DNA from: the human T2T-CHM13v2.0 reference genome, Homo sapiens
NCBI RefSeq assembly: GCF_009914755.1
Contig: NC_060933.1
Length of the DNA stretch: 64,000 nt
Strand: one strand, 5' to 3'
The stretch's first letter is position 1. Each line of letters starts with the position of its first letter. Positions 35,390-49,539 of the stretch are shown piece after piece. Below the pieces are notes generated by a model. The model had not been told where the DNA came from. It did not search any database and worked only from the letters and a program-made list of their open reading frames with translations. Made by a program: the position numbers and the translations under genes.

Positions 35390-35625
35390 TTAAAACTCTA
35401 TTGAGCACTTAAAATTTGACATCGTAGTAGACAACTTTATATATAGTGTTTCATTTAAGAGTGAAAACAGCCTAATGAGTTAAATATTGTTGTCTCTATT
35501 TTACAAACAAGGGAACTGAGCCTAAAATGGCTTAAATAATGTGCCAAGGTCATACAGTTGACAATATGCAGAACCAGGAGTAAAACTGAGATCTCCTCTC
35601 TAATTCCAGAGTTCTTGCTTCTTCC
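35390..35625 (-). mobile_element. MIR
   Basis: ctattttacaaacaagggaactgagcc...gccaaggtcatacag...gcagaaccagga. Confidence 0.78.
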
Positions 35626-35734
35626 TCAAATTTTGTAGAACACAGCACAGCAAAAGCAAATATTGGTTTCTAATTTATAATAGAGAATCCCAATTGTGAA
35701 AAAACCTCTGAAAGTTATGTTTTTCTGTAATATT

Positions 35735-36095
35735 GTATTTAGCCATTTACAAAATAAGTTGGCAGCTCTGCAAGTATTAATACTAATATAGAATATATCA
35801 CTGATATTCTGTTGAGTGAAGAAAGTTGTTGAAGAACAAAATTACAATATTATTCCACTTACAGGTTTAGAAAAAATCTACAAAGATGCCTTCATAGTAA
35901 TACGAAAAATATATAATTAAATATTTATGTTTATGAAAATAGTATTTGGAAGCATGTATGAAGCATACAGCAAATGATCTTTGAAAACTTAGAGTGAGAA
36001 CAGGAAGTAAAAGCTAGGGAGCTTCCTAATGTTACTTTTCATTCTTCTGAATTGTTCGCATCTTTTCCAACACTTATTTTATTTTGTCTAACAGG
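35735..36095 (+). mobile_element. Old L1ME 3'UTR fragment
   Basis: ttagccattt...gatattctgttgagtgaagaaag...attccactta, an L1M 3'UTR pattern. Confidence 0.55.
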
Positions 36096-36829
36096 AAAAA
36101 GGGGAAGAGTCCTTTCCCACAATTGTTCATTTTAATGATAAACTACCTTCCCAATTAGAAACATCTCCTTATGGTTCATTTAAGCACCTTGTGTTGTAAA
36201 ATGTACATGTTCTATCGCTGCTCACAGCATAGAAAACTATACCTGTCCATGTGAGAACTGATACTTAATTACCACTCTGTCTTTCTTCATATTCCCTATT
36301 TCTCATTCCCATTGTGATCATTGTAGTTTCCCACTGAACAAACAACAGAAACTCTGCAGTGACTTATAAAGGGCAAGCTGCAAGAGGCAGATGGAATCCC
36401 ACTGAGCCCTCCCCTAGCAGCAAGATTACCTTTACTACAGAGTGGGCATTAATCCACCCTAGAGTTTTAAAGGATAACTCCTCCTAACTTGATTTTCTTG
36501 TCTTTTAATAAGTCTTTTCATCTCTTAACATTTTTATGACACTTCTATTTAAGGCATCAACCATTTTGTGGCTTAGCAAAGCATACCAGTATGTTGCTCC
36601 ATAAAGGTAAGTAGGATCCATAATGATGCTCCTGAGAATTGTCTCCCACACTATCTAGAGATGTTCAGTCCACTATCATACTAAATGAAATTTTGCCAAT
36701 TAGGAATAAATAGCTGCTAAGGGACTTCTTATAGAATGAAAATGACTTTGGAGACCTGTAAATTCTCAGACATTTATGTAAATCACTTTACTCAGATAAA
36801 TATTCTCCAAAGACTCAGCTGGCCAAATA

Positions 36830-37212
36830 GTTGTTTAGGTCAAATGCCTTAGCAACAGGTGACAGATTCAAAGGCTTATGATTGACTGAGGGTGTGCTTC
36901 TCCAGAAAACCCTACAAAGGAGGGAGGGAAGCAGATTAAGCAAGAAAGGATGTGGTTTCAAGTAAACCAGGGCCAGATCCAGCTCTGTCCTACCTTAAGA
37001 TGTAAGAGTTTGTGTCCTTTATCAGGAAGCATTGGCATCAAATGGGGAGGGCATAAATTCTAGGATTCTCTGGGCTAAGGAATAGACAAGTCCCCAGAAA
37101 AGGTTGGTGAGTGTTAGCAATTAGTCTCAGCCCTTCAAGCAGCTGAGGGGATGTATATGCTGGCTGAAAAAGTGAGTGGGACTAGGCCATGGCCCAGAAC
37201 ATCTCCCGCCAA
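36830..37212 (-). mobile_element. Old MaLR LTR (MLT1-type, degraded)
   Basis: ttgactgagggtgtgcttctccagaaaacc...ggagggaagcagattaagcaagaaagga resembles antisense old MLT1/LTR33. Confidence 0.4.
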
Positions 37213-38799
37213 AACTCTGATGAAGAACAGAGAAGAACAAAAGAGAGGTAATTGTGAATTCAGGCATTGAAGAATGTGGAAAAGCCAGAGATTGGATTAG
37301 ACTTTGTTCCCCTCATTAAGAAGTCCCTGAGGGATAATGCAAAAAAAAGGGGGCCAGGAAGTGAAAAGAATTTATAAAGGTTTTGAGGAATTCTAAAACG
37401 AAATTTTTGCCCATTTAAAATTAATTTTAAAATATAAACATAGAACTTCATTCTGTCATTGACTAGACTGATTATTTTCCTATTAGAAATTAAAACCTGA
37501 GAACACTAAAGAATGAAGTATTATACATCTTCTACCATCTATTTGCAAGCATCAACTTGAAAAGCAATGGAAGGAAACATGTCGGTAGTTAGGATTAACT
37601 AGACACACCCACGTTTCTTATGCTCAGAACTCTACCAGAAAGAAGAGAACAGACCTATGATTTAGTGTCATCACATGCGTGGATGCTCATTGAACCCTCC
37701 TTGATTAATGTGACACCGTAAAGCACCACCTGGAATGATACCTCAGCCCACTAAAACCTCCTGAAAAATATCTTTCCCAGAAATATATTCACTCTTTTCA
37801 GACGCTGCAGCTTTCAGAGCGGTGTCAACTTATAATAGCTTCTTGACATTAATTACTGTGCCATCCCATAAGTTTAGCTCTCTGAAAAGCAGCCTGAAGC
37901 TGTCAGGGAGGGTCACATATTTTAATATCCACTTACCTTGACACCAGAGTAATTTGGAAGATGCTCACTTTCAGCTCCACAATCCCTTTCCAACATTCGG
38001 AGGAAAGTGACCCACCATCCAATCCGCAAATCTTGATTAATTCCTTCCACTTAGCATGTCCCAATTTCTGCCAAGGTATGTGGTCTGTAGATTGACAGTC
38101 TCGTTAAGAGCTTATTCAAGTGCTTGATTATACAGCTTTGGAAGTTTCTTGAGCCCTGAGAGTAGACTCTCCCTCCCTTCCCATTGCAGCACAATACCAT
38201 GTCTAATACCCAGAGGCAAAAAGGCAAAGAGGCCTCAGATCTAAAACAGTCAGTGCTTACGCCCCCGGCACACAAGTTCTAGAAACAGCAGTTTCTGTCC
38301 TTAGGTTTTCTCTTCAGTGGCACCCAGGTGTCTGCCCAGTGTTGCTCCTCTAATAGGGTTTCTGAGAATTCAGGTAAAAGAAGAGAACTCCAAAGATAGA
38401 CACATGAAGGGATTGTGCACTCAAAATCTTTACCTGGAATCACTCTCCAAGGATGTAACTATTAGTGAAAGCTAAAGATCAAAGATAGAGAATAAAAGTA
38501 ACTCAACTGGTTATGAATTTCTGAATAGGGTAAATGATGGCAGAAACCTCTAAGAGAAGCATTATATTCTTATTTAAAAGACATACCCTGTATCCCACTG
38601 ACAAATTTCCTCTTCAACAGAAGCTAGAAAATGACAGCAATAATTTGATTCTGCTAAAATAAACGTTCAGTCTCCTTCCTAAGTAGTTCGGGCCCCCGGC
38701 ATTTCTTTTAGGCCAGTTCATTGGAACTTAAAAAGTACTTTTCTAGTGAAACCATGTCAGTATGGGAGTTAAGGTCTTCACAACTTGTCATCATCAATT

Positions 38800-39030
38800 T
38801 AACCATATCATTTCGAATGTTATCATGTGTTTGAGACATGAGCTTTAATCTCAATAATAAATTATTACCCACATTTTCAGATTAAAAAAATAAAACTGAG
38901 GCATAAAGTCATATAGTAATTTGCCCAAAGTCACACAGTTAAAAAATAATAATAATAAACAGGCTAAGCCAGCATCGAAATGAAGGTTTGCCTGACCCCA
39001 TAGCAAAACACATTCATAACCACTGTGTTC
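38800..39030 (-). mobile_element. MIR
   Basis: ccccacattttcagat...aaactgaggc...ttgcccaaagtcacacag...cataaccact. Confidence 0.8.
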
Positions 39031-39229
39031 TACTTTCTCTTAGAATTACTACGGAGAAAACTCTTCTACCAAAAGGAGTAGGGTGTCCTCCACATGCAGT
39101 AATGTTTAATGAGAAATGAATTAGGTTTCCAAATCAAAAAATGCCCAAGCTACATTTTTTTTCTCTAAGGCCATCCCTAAAGCGAGAATAAAACCTCTTT
39201 TCCAAATTCTTCACAGCCCAACCCATCCT

Positions 39230-39475
39230 AGTCTCAGTTCAGTAACTACCTCTTTCTAGAAGCTTTCCCTATCTCCTTGCCCATCAGACCAGGTTAGAGG
39301 ATACAGCTTCACGCTCCACAGCTTTCTGGATTTACCTCTGTTGCTACACTCACTTCACTGTATTGTAAGATCTCTGCCCTTTCTATCTCTTCATTGGACT
39401 GTGTGCTTCCTGCTGGCAGGAACTGTATGTTCTTCCTTTGATTCCCAGGGACCAATGCTTAGTAATGTACCAGCT
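39230..39475 (+). mobile_element. L2 3' end fragment
   Basis: tctagaagctttccct...ggactgtgtgcttcctgctggcaggaactgtatgttc...attcccaggg. Confidence 0.65.
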
Positions 39476-40251
39476 GTAATTGACTGGTCTGAGCAAGGGT
39501 AAAGGCTGCAGGGAGATGGAGAAAGGGGTTGTAGGGATACGGGGATCCCTTGGAAAGATTCTCCCCTAGGGATCCTGTTTGGTCCTAGGTAGGCAGGACC
39601 CTCCTTTTCTGCTCAACCTTACAGATCATCTACAGCATTCTACCAATATCCCTATATTCTTATGGAGAATGGTCATTGCAGCAGAGAAAGCGAGAACAGG
39701 AGATAGCACACTGTCTCTTAAATATCTTTGTTTCATTTGTTAGCATTCATTAAATAACCTGGTCTAGGCACAAATGGAACTGAGGAGTCCAGTTTTCCCA
39801 CGTGCGCAAGAGGACAGAAGAACTGGAAATGGGTAAGCACTAACAAACAACATGATGCAGAACTTTTTTGCTTTGTACCTTTGATTATGCAACCAAATCT
39901 TTAGATTATTTTTCAGAAAGGTAGGTGGCCACTGACTGAAGAAAGATTCATTGATTATTTAAAGGAAAACTTGAAAGCAGTATCCACTTCTCTTTTTTCT
40001 TGAATAAACCACTATCATGAGCATTTCTTCATAGGAATAAGAAGCACCTTGAGTTGAAGAGGCAAAGGTTGAAACTGATCTCTGATTAGCACATTGGGTG
40101 AGAAAACAGCAAGTGTTGTGGAAAAATGAAATGCCTGAAGCCATCTGGCTAGGACAGCCGCTTTAATAAAAAGCACAAAAATTATACCTGGGCCAGTCTC
40201 ACATAGCAGGTTAGCATCCACGAAGCTTTTTTTTAAGGGAAGAGTAGGTAT

Positions 40252-40830
40252 TCTTTTTTGATTGTAGTAAAATATAACATGAAAGTTACCATTTTGACCA
40301 TTTTAACATGTATACTCTATAACATTAAATACATTCACAATGTTGTGCAATCATCACTGCTATCTAGTTCCAGAATTTTTTTTATCCCCCCAAATGGAAA
40401 TGCTCTACCCATTAAGCAATCTCTGTCCACTTCCCCTTCCCTAGTCCCTGGAAACCACTAATCTGCTTTCTATTTCTGTGAATTTGCCTAGTCTGGATAT
40501 TTCATATAAATTGGACCACACAATATGTGCCGTTTTGTTTCCGACTTCTTTAGCATGTTTTCAAGGTCCATCTATGTTGTACCATGTATCAGTACTTCAT
40601 TCTTTTCATGAGTAGATAATATTTCACTGTATAAATATACTATGTTTTCTTTCTTTATCAGTTGGTGAATTAGAGTCTTTCCATTTTTGTAGCTACTATG
40701 AGTACTGTTGCTGTACACTTTCATATACAAGTTTTCACCCGAACACTCATTTCCAATAATTTTGGATATATACCTAGAAGTGGAATTGCTGGGTCATAAG
40801 ATAATTCTGTGTTAACTTGAGCAACCCTAC
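40252..40830 (-). mobile_element. L1MB 3' end (5'-truncated), inserted at a MIR
   Basis: ttgtagtaaaatataacatgaaagttaccattttgaccatttt...cctagaagtggaattgctgggtcat; MIR sequence follows at 40840-40940. Confidence 0.85.
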
Positions 40831-41350
40831 AAAGCTTTTTAACATACTTATTATATTTAATCTTCTCAACATCCCTGAGCTATGCATTATTATCCCCATT
40901 TTAGAGATAGGGCTCAACATTCAGAATATTGCCAAGCTAAACCTTGATTCACCATTCTACAGTAAAGATTTTACATGACCACAGTGAAAACCCAACTGAG
41001 ACACTTATTTCTGCATATATTTCTCCACCCCTCCCCCACCATCTTAAACATAAAATAAATCTTAAAATAGAACATTCCATAATAGTGATAGAGGACAATA
41101 CTGCAGACTCTAGGATAAAGGAAACTCTGTGGACCCTTCCTAGCTTCTCCATTCTTGTGTATGCTTCATTAATTCAATATTTAGGTCATTGGTTTCATTA
41201 TCTTGAGGGAATTAGCACTGTAAGAATGAAAAATAAAACAAAAACTAGACCTGTTTCATATTTTCATATATGGAAATGACTCATTGTCCCAAGACATCAG
41301 AGGTAGTGGTGTGCAAGAAAGTAATAAATGCAAAGAAATGGGAGATGGAC

Positions 41351-43562
<2,212 letters not shown>

Positions 43563-44075
43563 AAGGAGAGGAAAGCACAAAATATATAAAATACACAGAA
43601 TTATATATAGAATTAATGGGAAAAAAAAGAAATGGGCGAGGGAGGGCATAAGTGGAGATATGGAAGACATAGACAAAAGAATTTCACCTCCTGCCTTGCT
43701 GCAACACACATTCTGTGGCTAAAAGTCCTAAGAAACTTTGAAAAGCTGGTGTTTTAACTTTTGGATAGTTTTTGATCCAGCTCAAAGCTATCCATTTCTG
43801 GAAATTGGCTCCTTCTTCCACAGGATAAGAGTGGTGGGTGGGGAGATCTAGAAGCCAGGTTTGCACTTTGGGAGCCTGACCATTGGTCTCAGTTGACTGA
43901 AACTGAAGCAGGCTCGGCCAATCAGATTCTTTTGCCTAGAAACTTGGAATTCAAATTCAAATTCAGAAAGTAGTTCATCTCTGCATGTAGTTAATACCAT
44001 AATGTGAAAACAGAGCTATGGAGTAGCCACACAGTGCTTTATAGATGAATGAGTAACTTAAAAGATGAGCAGAAG

Positions 44076-44530
44076 GGATGGAACTGGAGGTCATTATGTT
44101 AACTGAGATAAGTCAGGCACAGAAAGATAAACTTCACATGTTCTCACTTATTTGTGGGAGTGAAAAATCAAAAGCAACTGAACTCATGGAGATAGAGAAT
44201 AGAAGGATGTTTATCAGAGGCTGGGAAGGGTGGGGGCATTGTGTGGGGGAAGTGGGAATAGTAAATGGGTACAAAAAAAATAGAAGGGAACAAGATCTAG
44301 TATTTGCACAACAAGGTGACTATAGTCAAGTATAATTTAATTGTACATTTCAAAATAAAACAGTATAATTGGACTGTTTGTCACATAAAAGATAAATAGG
44401 GTATCTAAATACCCTATTTTCTATGATGTGATTATTACACATTTTATGCCTGTATCAAAGTATCTCATGTACCCTGTAATTATATACATCTATTATGTAC
44501 CCATAAAAATTAAAAAGATTTTTTAAAAAT
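44076..44530 (+). mobile_element. L1MA (L1MA2/3-like) 3' end
   Basis: ggatggaactggaggtcattatgttaa...tattatgtacccataaaaattaaaaa. Confidence 0.88.
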
Positions 44531-44532
44531 AA

Positions 44533-44800
44533 CGAGGTGGGTGGATCACAAAGTCAGGAGTTCAAGACCAGGCTGGCCAAGATGGTGAAACCCCATCTCT
44601 AGTAAAAATACAAAAATTAGTCGGGGTTGGTGACAGGTGCTTGTAATCCCAGCTACTCAGGAGGCTGAGGCAGAGAATTGCTTGAACCTGGGAGGCAGAG
44701 GTTGCAGTGAGCCGAGATCATGCCACTGCACTCCAGCCTGGATGACAGAGCGAGACTCCGTCTCAAAAAATACTAAAAATTAAAAAAATAAAATAAAATA
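44533..44800 (+). mobile_element. 5'-truncated AluS in the L1MA tail
   Basis: Starts cgaggtgggtggatcac (first ~45 nt missing); full right arm and A-rich tail. Confidence 0.92.
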
Positions 44801-44987
44801 AGGAGGGGGTTACACAGAGAGAGAGAGGGGAAAATGAAGCTGCGGCACCAAAACAAAAAGTGGAAAAGGGGAAGCGGGGAGAGAGGAAGTCAGCGTTTGC
44901 CTATTCCAGTCCAGTCCCTTCCTGGAAACCTAGGATTCTGTGTGAACCCCTCTATCCTTGTCATAAATTCCATTTGGCTTAAGCTAT

Positions 44988-45403
44988 CTGGCAGACTGAC
45001 CATCTGTTCACTAAGCCATTTCCTTGAGCACACAGCCAAACTACACTCCCAGCCTCTTAATACAATTAGCTGTGGCCATGTGGCCAGGCCCTGACCCATG
45101 AGATGAGAGGAAGGGATATTCTCTACATTCAGTCTTGGCAATAAGAACTCTCCCCGTGACTCTCCACAGCAATCTTTCTTCCTGTGCCAGTGAGGTGTCA
45201 GCACCCAGAACAATGGCAAAAGCCACACACTGAAGACGTCCGAGCCTCAGTAGTCTAAGTACCTGAAAGAATGCTTGGAGCAGCCATCCCACCCTCACCA
45301 AGCAGGTTTTATAAGCTCAAGAAATCCATTTCTCTGTGTTGAGATTTTACAGAGATTTCAAGTTTTATGTGACACAACACCAAGCTTTATCTAAACTGAT
45401 ACA
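44988..45403 (+). mobile_element. MLT1I-like MaLR LTR nested in an older LTR (flanks about 43850-44040, 44800-44987, 45404-45460)
   Basis: gcacacagccaaactacactcccagcctc...tgtggccatgtg...aaactgataca. Confidence 0.65.
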
Positions 45404-46969
45404 AGGCAGTTTGAGTGGGCTTTTCTTTTGAAACCTGCCATTGAAAAGTCTTAAAACATCACACCTCCAACAGGCATCTCTCCTCATTTCAGTTGCTGCC
45501 TGTTGAAAAGGTGGAAGATCTTGGGCCAAACACTTCTCATGCCTGTGTTCTGGGGCCTGCAGAAAAGGGCAGAGGTAAAGGATTCAATCTCCAGAATGTC
45601 AAACAAGGCCACCTCACGTGACCTCACATACCCAAATACACTGCCTTTGTTCTGGGAGATATTCTTTGAATGCTTTACCAGGTCTCAGAGTACATCAGCC
45701 TCCCTCTCAGAGTCTCCATATGGCTGTGCAAGCTAAAAGCAAAAGCCTTTCATGTGGAAACTTTGTATTTCTATTGAAGTCAGTACTGAAACGTGTTTCC
45801 ATTCCAAATGATTCCAGCAGATTTCCAAGATGGCCCAATAACACCCTGCTCAATTATTAGAGTTCTAGCAAAGAAGGGGCTAACCAAAGAAAATAGTTTT
45901 ACCAAAGAGCTATATTGACAGCCTCTGTGCTTGCGAGTATTCTGGAAAACACCAGGCACGAAAAGGATAGTTCTATATGTGTAATATGCAAATTTTGTAT
46001 TTTCCCCATTTAAGCAGTAACTCCTGCCTAAGACCAAATGGAATGGAGTTGCAAGTGCTGTTAACAGAGAGAACCTGTAAGGCAGATCTTGACATTATTT
46101 TACAAACTTAATTGGGCCGTCTGGTCAATAAAATATCTCCAGGAAAGATCTTAAAGTGCAATGGTGCTCATTACAAGCCCAAATGCTTGTTTTAAATAGC
46201 ATGTAGTTTTTACAGTATTTAAACTAATGATCTTCATTGTCTATAACATGTGTAAGATTGAAGGTGTGACAGTGGTTATATTCAGGGCAAACAACAAAGA
46301 TACCTTACCTTGAAGCTATTTTATCAATCTTTCAAGAGGAAAAAGCCTCCAAAATGTGGGGAAATACTGGAGCCACTGTTTTGAATGTGTTTTTTCAGCA
46401 GTTATGCCAAGGGCTTGGGGGATCCTGAGCACATAAAACCAACCACCATCCAACCCAACTGCACTCTTTCCCAAACCCTTCTGATGCCTCCCTTTACCAT
46501 TTTGCTCTTGCCTCTAAAACAAATCCCACACAATTTGATAAGCTAAGTATGTGAAAGATCACAAAACCAAAATAGAATGTGGCCTTTGCATTCCTGAGAG
46601 ACCTCATCCATGTCCTCAGAGACATGTGGTGGTGGGAGGGGGTGAAATTTCCTCAGCACCTCTTCTCATATTTCAATATCGTGATCCACAAAAGGGCAGT
46701 GATGATATGGAAGAATTTTCAGCAGGACCGTACTGTTTCCTACTTGAATATTGCATACTAAAAGACACAAATAATCTTATCTAATTTTTATAAGGAGAGT
46801 ACAAAATGAAAACTACAATTCCTGCTTTACAGATTTGAAGAGTAGACTAGAAGAGGATGTAGAGGTCAACTAGCCTAGAGAGAGACTTCTGATTTTAAGA
46901 ACAGCGTTCATTTTGTGCTCCACATACTCTTTCCAATGTGAAGACCTATTGATCTAATATCACTTTTTC

Positions 46970-47290
46970 CTTCAGGACTATTAAACTAAGTCTAGGAGAA
47001 TGTCATTGACACTCATTATAGCCTTATAGACAAAGGAGAAATATCTGGATAGATACTAAGGATACACATAGTACAATTTACAGCTGATTCTACAGCCCAA
47101 TCCAAAGATTACTGATTGAGTAATCAGCTGAGGTTGACCAAAAGAATGACTGCTAGTAACAGTCAGGCTCACTCTCTGACAAAGTTCTGACTCACACTTA
47201 TCAATTGCTTGTGATTAACACATAAGATGTACACTCATCAAATTTGTTGTAAACAAAACAGTGTTGATGGTTAATAGTTAGGTGGCAAAA
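46970..47290 (+). mobile_element. Possible L3/CR1 RT fragment
   Basis: ccaaagattactgattga...acactcatcaaatttg resemble the CR1 RT region. Confidence 0.35.
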
Positions 47291-47899
47291 CCACAGCAAA
47301 GACAGCATTCAAATTCACTGCCCATGTACAATGTTCTTACAAACTGGAACAGGCTCTAGGGTTCTCTGTACCTGCTGCTGGTTGGAGCAAGAGGAGATAA
47401 TTGATTCAAATTGTGTCAATCAACTTCCCATACTTGGAACTGATAATTTGGGTAGAAATCATAGTTGGCTAGCCAAGTGCCCTGGTCTAAAAGTAACATA
47501 AACCCAGAGACTGCAAGCACAGAGTAGGAGTATCCCTGATTAGGCAGGAGAAAGTAAGATGGAAGGTATATTCTATTAAGAAAGGAAAATGTGAAGCAAA
47601 CTATCAGAGAAGGGTGGATAAGAGGTCATATGACCCCAGACTAAGGGAAATGAGAAGGTCATCGTGCCTGAAGACTGACATTTCTCAGGTCCCGTCTCTC
47701 ACCAGCCTCAGCTGTGATTTCTACCCTTGGATTCTGTAAAACATTCCTCATCCCTGATCATGAGTTGCTTTGTTTGTTTTTTCACCTAAACTGGATGAAG
47801 GGTTTCTGTTCCTTATAAGCAAACAACCAAAGGATTAACCAAATTTATGAATATATTAAAATCCTGCTTCCCCTGAAGGAGTGAACAAGATGGAAGAGG

Positions 47900-48352
47900 C
47901 TAGTTGCCTACACTCTTCAGAACAGCATCCTAGGCGCAGGATTTTCAATCTCTGCCTCCCAGAAGCCTCTCAGAGGAATTAGTCTTGACTCTACCTGGAA
48001 GGGTAGATGATTCACCTCTGCAGATCTGTAGCCTTTACTCTCTAGTATTCTGTCCCATCACCTCTAGCTGCTTTTATGTCCCATGTCCTGCAGCTCTTCC
48101 TCCTTTCAAGGCATCCCTGGGTTCCACCTCAATTGCCCTCCCTGTACTGCAACCAGGAAACTCACGCAGGAGCAAGCCAGGGCAATCTCAGGACCCACCT
48201 CCTTGTTCTTGTCTCTTAATGATCTCTGCTTTTCTGATTGATGTCCCATACCTTGAAAACTATGTTTTGTGTATTATTTTCATTTTTCTATTGTTTTGGA
48301 TGGAGGGTAAAATTTATCCGTGTTATTCCATCCTTACAGAAAGCAGATGACT
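47900..48352 (-). mobile_element. Old L1M/HAL1 5'-end fragment
   Basis: ggagggtaaaatttatccgtgttattccatccttacagaaagcaga resembles the antisense old-L1 5' terminus, like 15630-15685. Confidence 0.5.
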
Positions 48353-48747
48353 TCAAGTGGTTTTTGACCATCTTCTTTAGTAATACAGGCCAAGTGGATT
48401 CTCACCACACTTTGGAAGGTGAGAAAAGAGCCACCTATTTTCTTGGGTGTTCAACCAAACAAAGACATCTCATTTTAAAAGTTACAACGTAAAATGGATA
48501 GCTCCCCCACAGTGTTTTGTTTGGCTGAATTTCCATAAACAGTTTTATACAGCCACAGCAAGTGATGACAGACAGTGATTATGAGTCAGGTATTTATGGT
48601 TTATTCTGGCCCATAACTTCCCAAGATGTGTTTTTTACACTGTTACATACAGAGCAACTCCAATGGAATAATGATCTTAAAATCCCTTCAAAAGAATCCA
48701 TTTGTAAAATGTGTAATTTCTTCAAGCTTAATTATAATGAGTGTAAT

Positions 48748-49196
48748 TATATTAGTCAGGGTTCTCTAGAGGGACAGAACTAATAGAAATATATATATAT
48801 ATATATATATATATGAGTTTATTAAGTAGTATTAACTCAAACGATCACAAGGTGCCAAAATAGTCTGTCTAGAAGCTGAGGAGCAAGGAAGCCAGTCTGA
48901 GCCCCAAAGCTGAAGAATTTAGAGTCTGATGTTCGAGGACAAGAAGCATCCAGCACAAGAGAAAGATGTAGGCTGGGAGGCTAAGCCAGTCTAGCCTTTT
49001 CACATTTTTTCTGCCTGCTTTATATTTGCTGGCAGCTGATTAGATTGTGGCCACCCAGACTAACAGTGTGTCTGCCTTTCCCAGCCCACTGACTCAAATG
49101 TTAATCTCCTTTGGCAACACCCTCACAGACACACCCAGGATCAATACTTTGCATCCTTCAATCCAATCCAGTTGTCACTCAATATTAACCATCACA
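48748..49196 (-). repeat. MLT2A 3' LTR, including a (TA)n tract at 48788-48814
   Basis: Direct repeat of 51802-52244 with an adjacent PPT-like caagggtcagact on the minus strand. Confidence 0.93.
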
Positions 49197-49539
49197 AGTC
49201 TGACCCTTGTCAACTTGAACCCATACACACCTCCTGAGATCATACATAATCTTCAAATAAAGACAATAATAAGGTCATAATTACACCTAACATAATACCA
49301 CTATCCTTTGTACAACCAGAAACACACCAATCCCCAACCCAAATGCTATTACAGAAAGTTAACAATACTAAAATCCTGATATAAAGTCAATAAACCTTAT
49401 GTCACATGATAAACGGAAAAGAAAATAAAGATATTTTCTAAGTTCAAGTGTATACATGCACAAACATGTTTTTAACAAACAAGGAGGAAATACGACAATT
49501 ACAGTCCTCGTTTTTGCAACTGGTCATGTGGTCGTAGCT

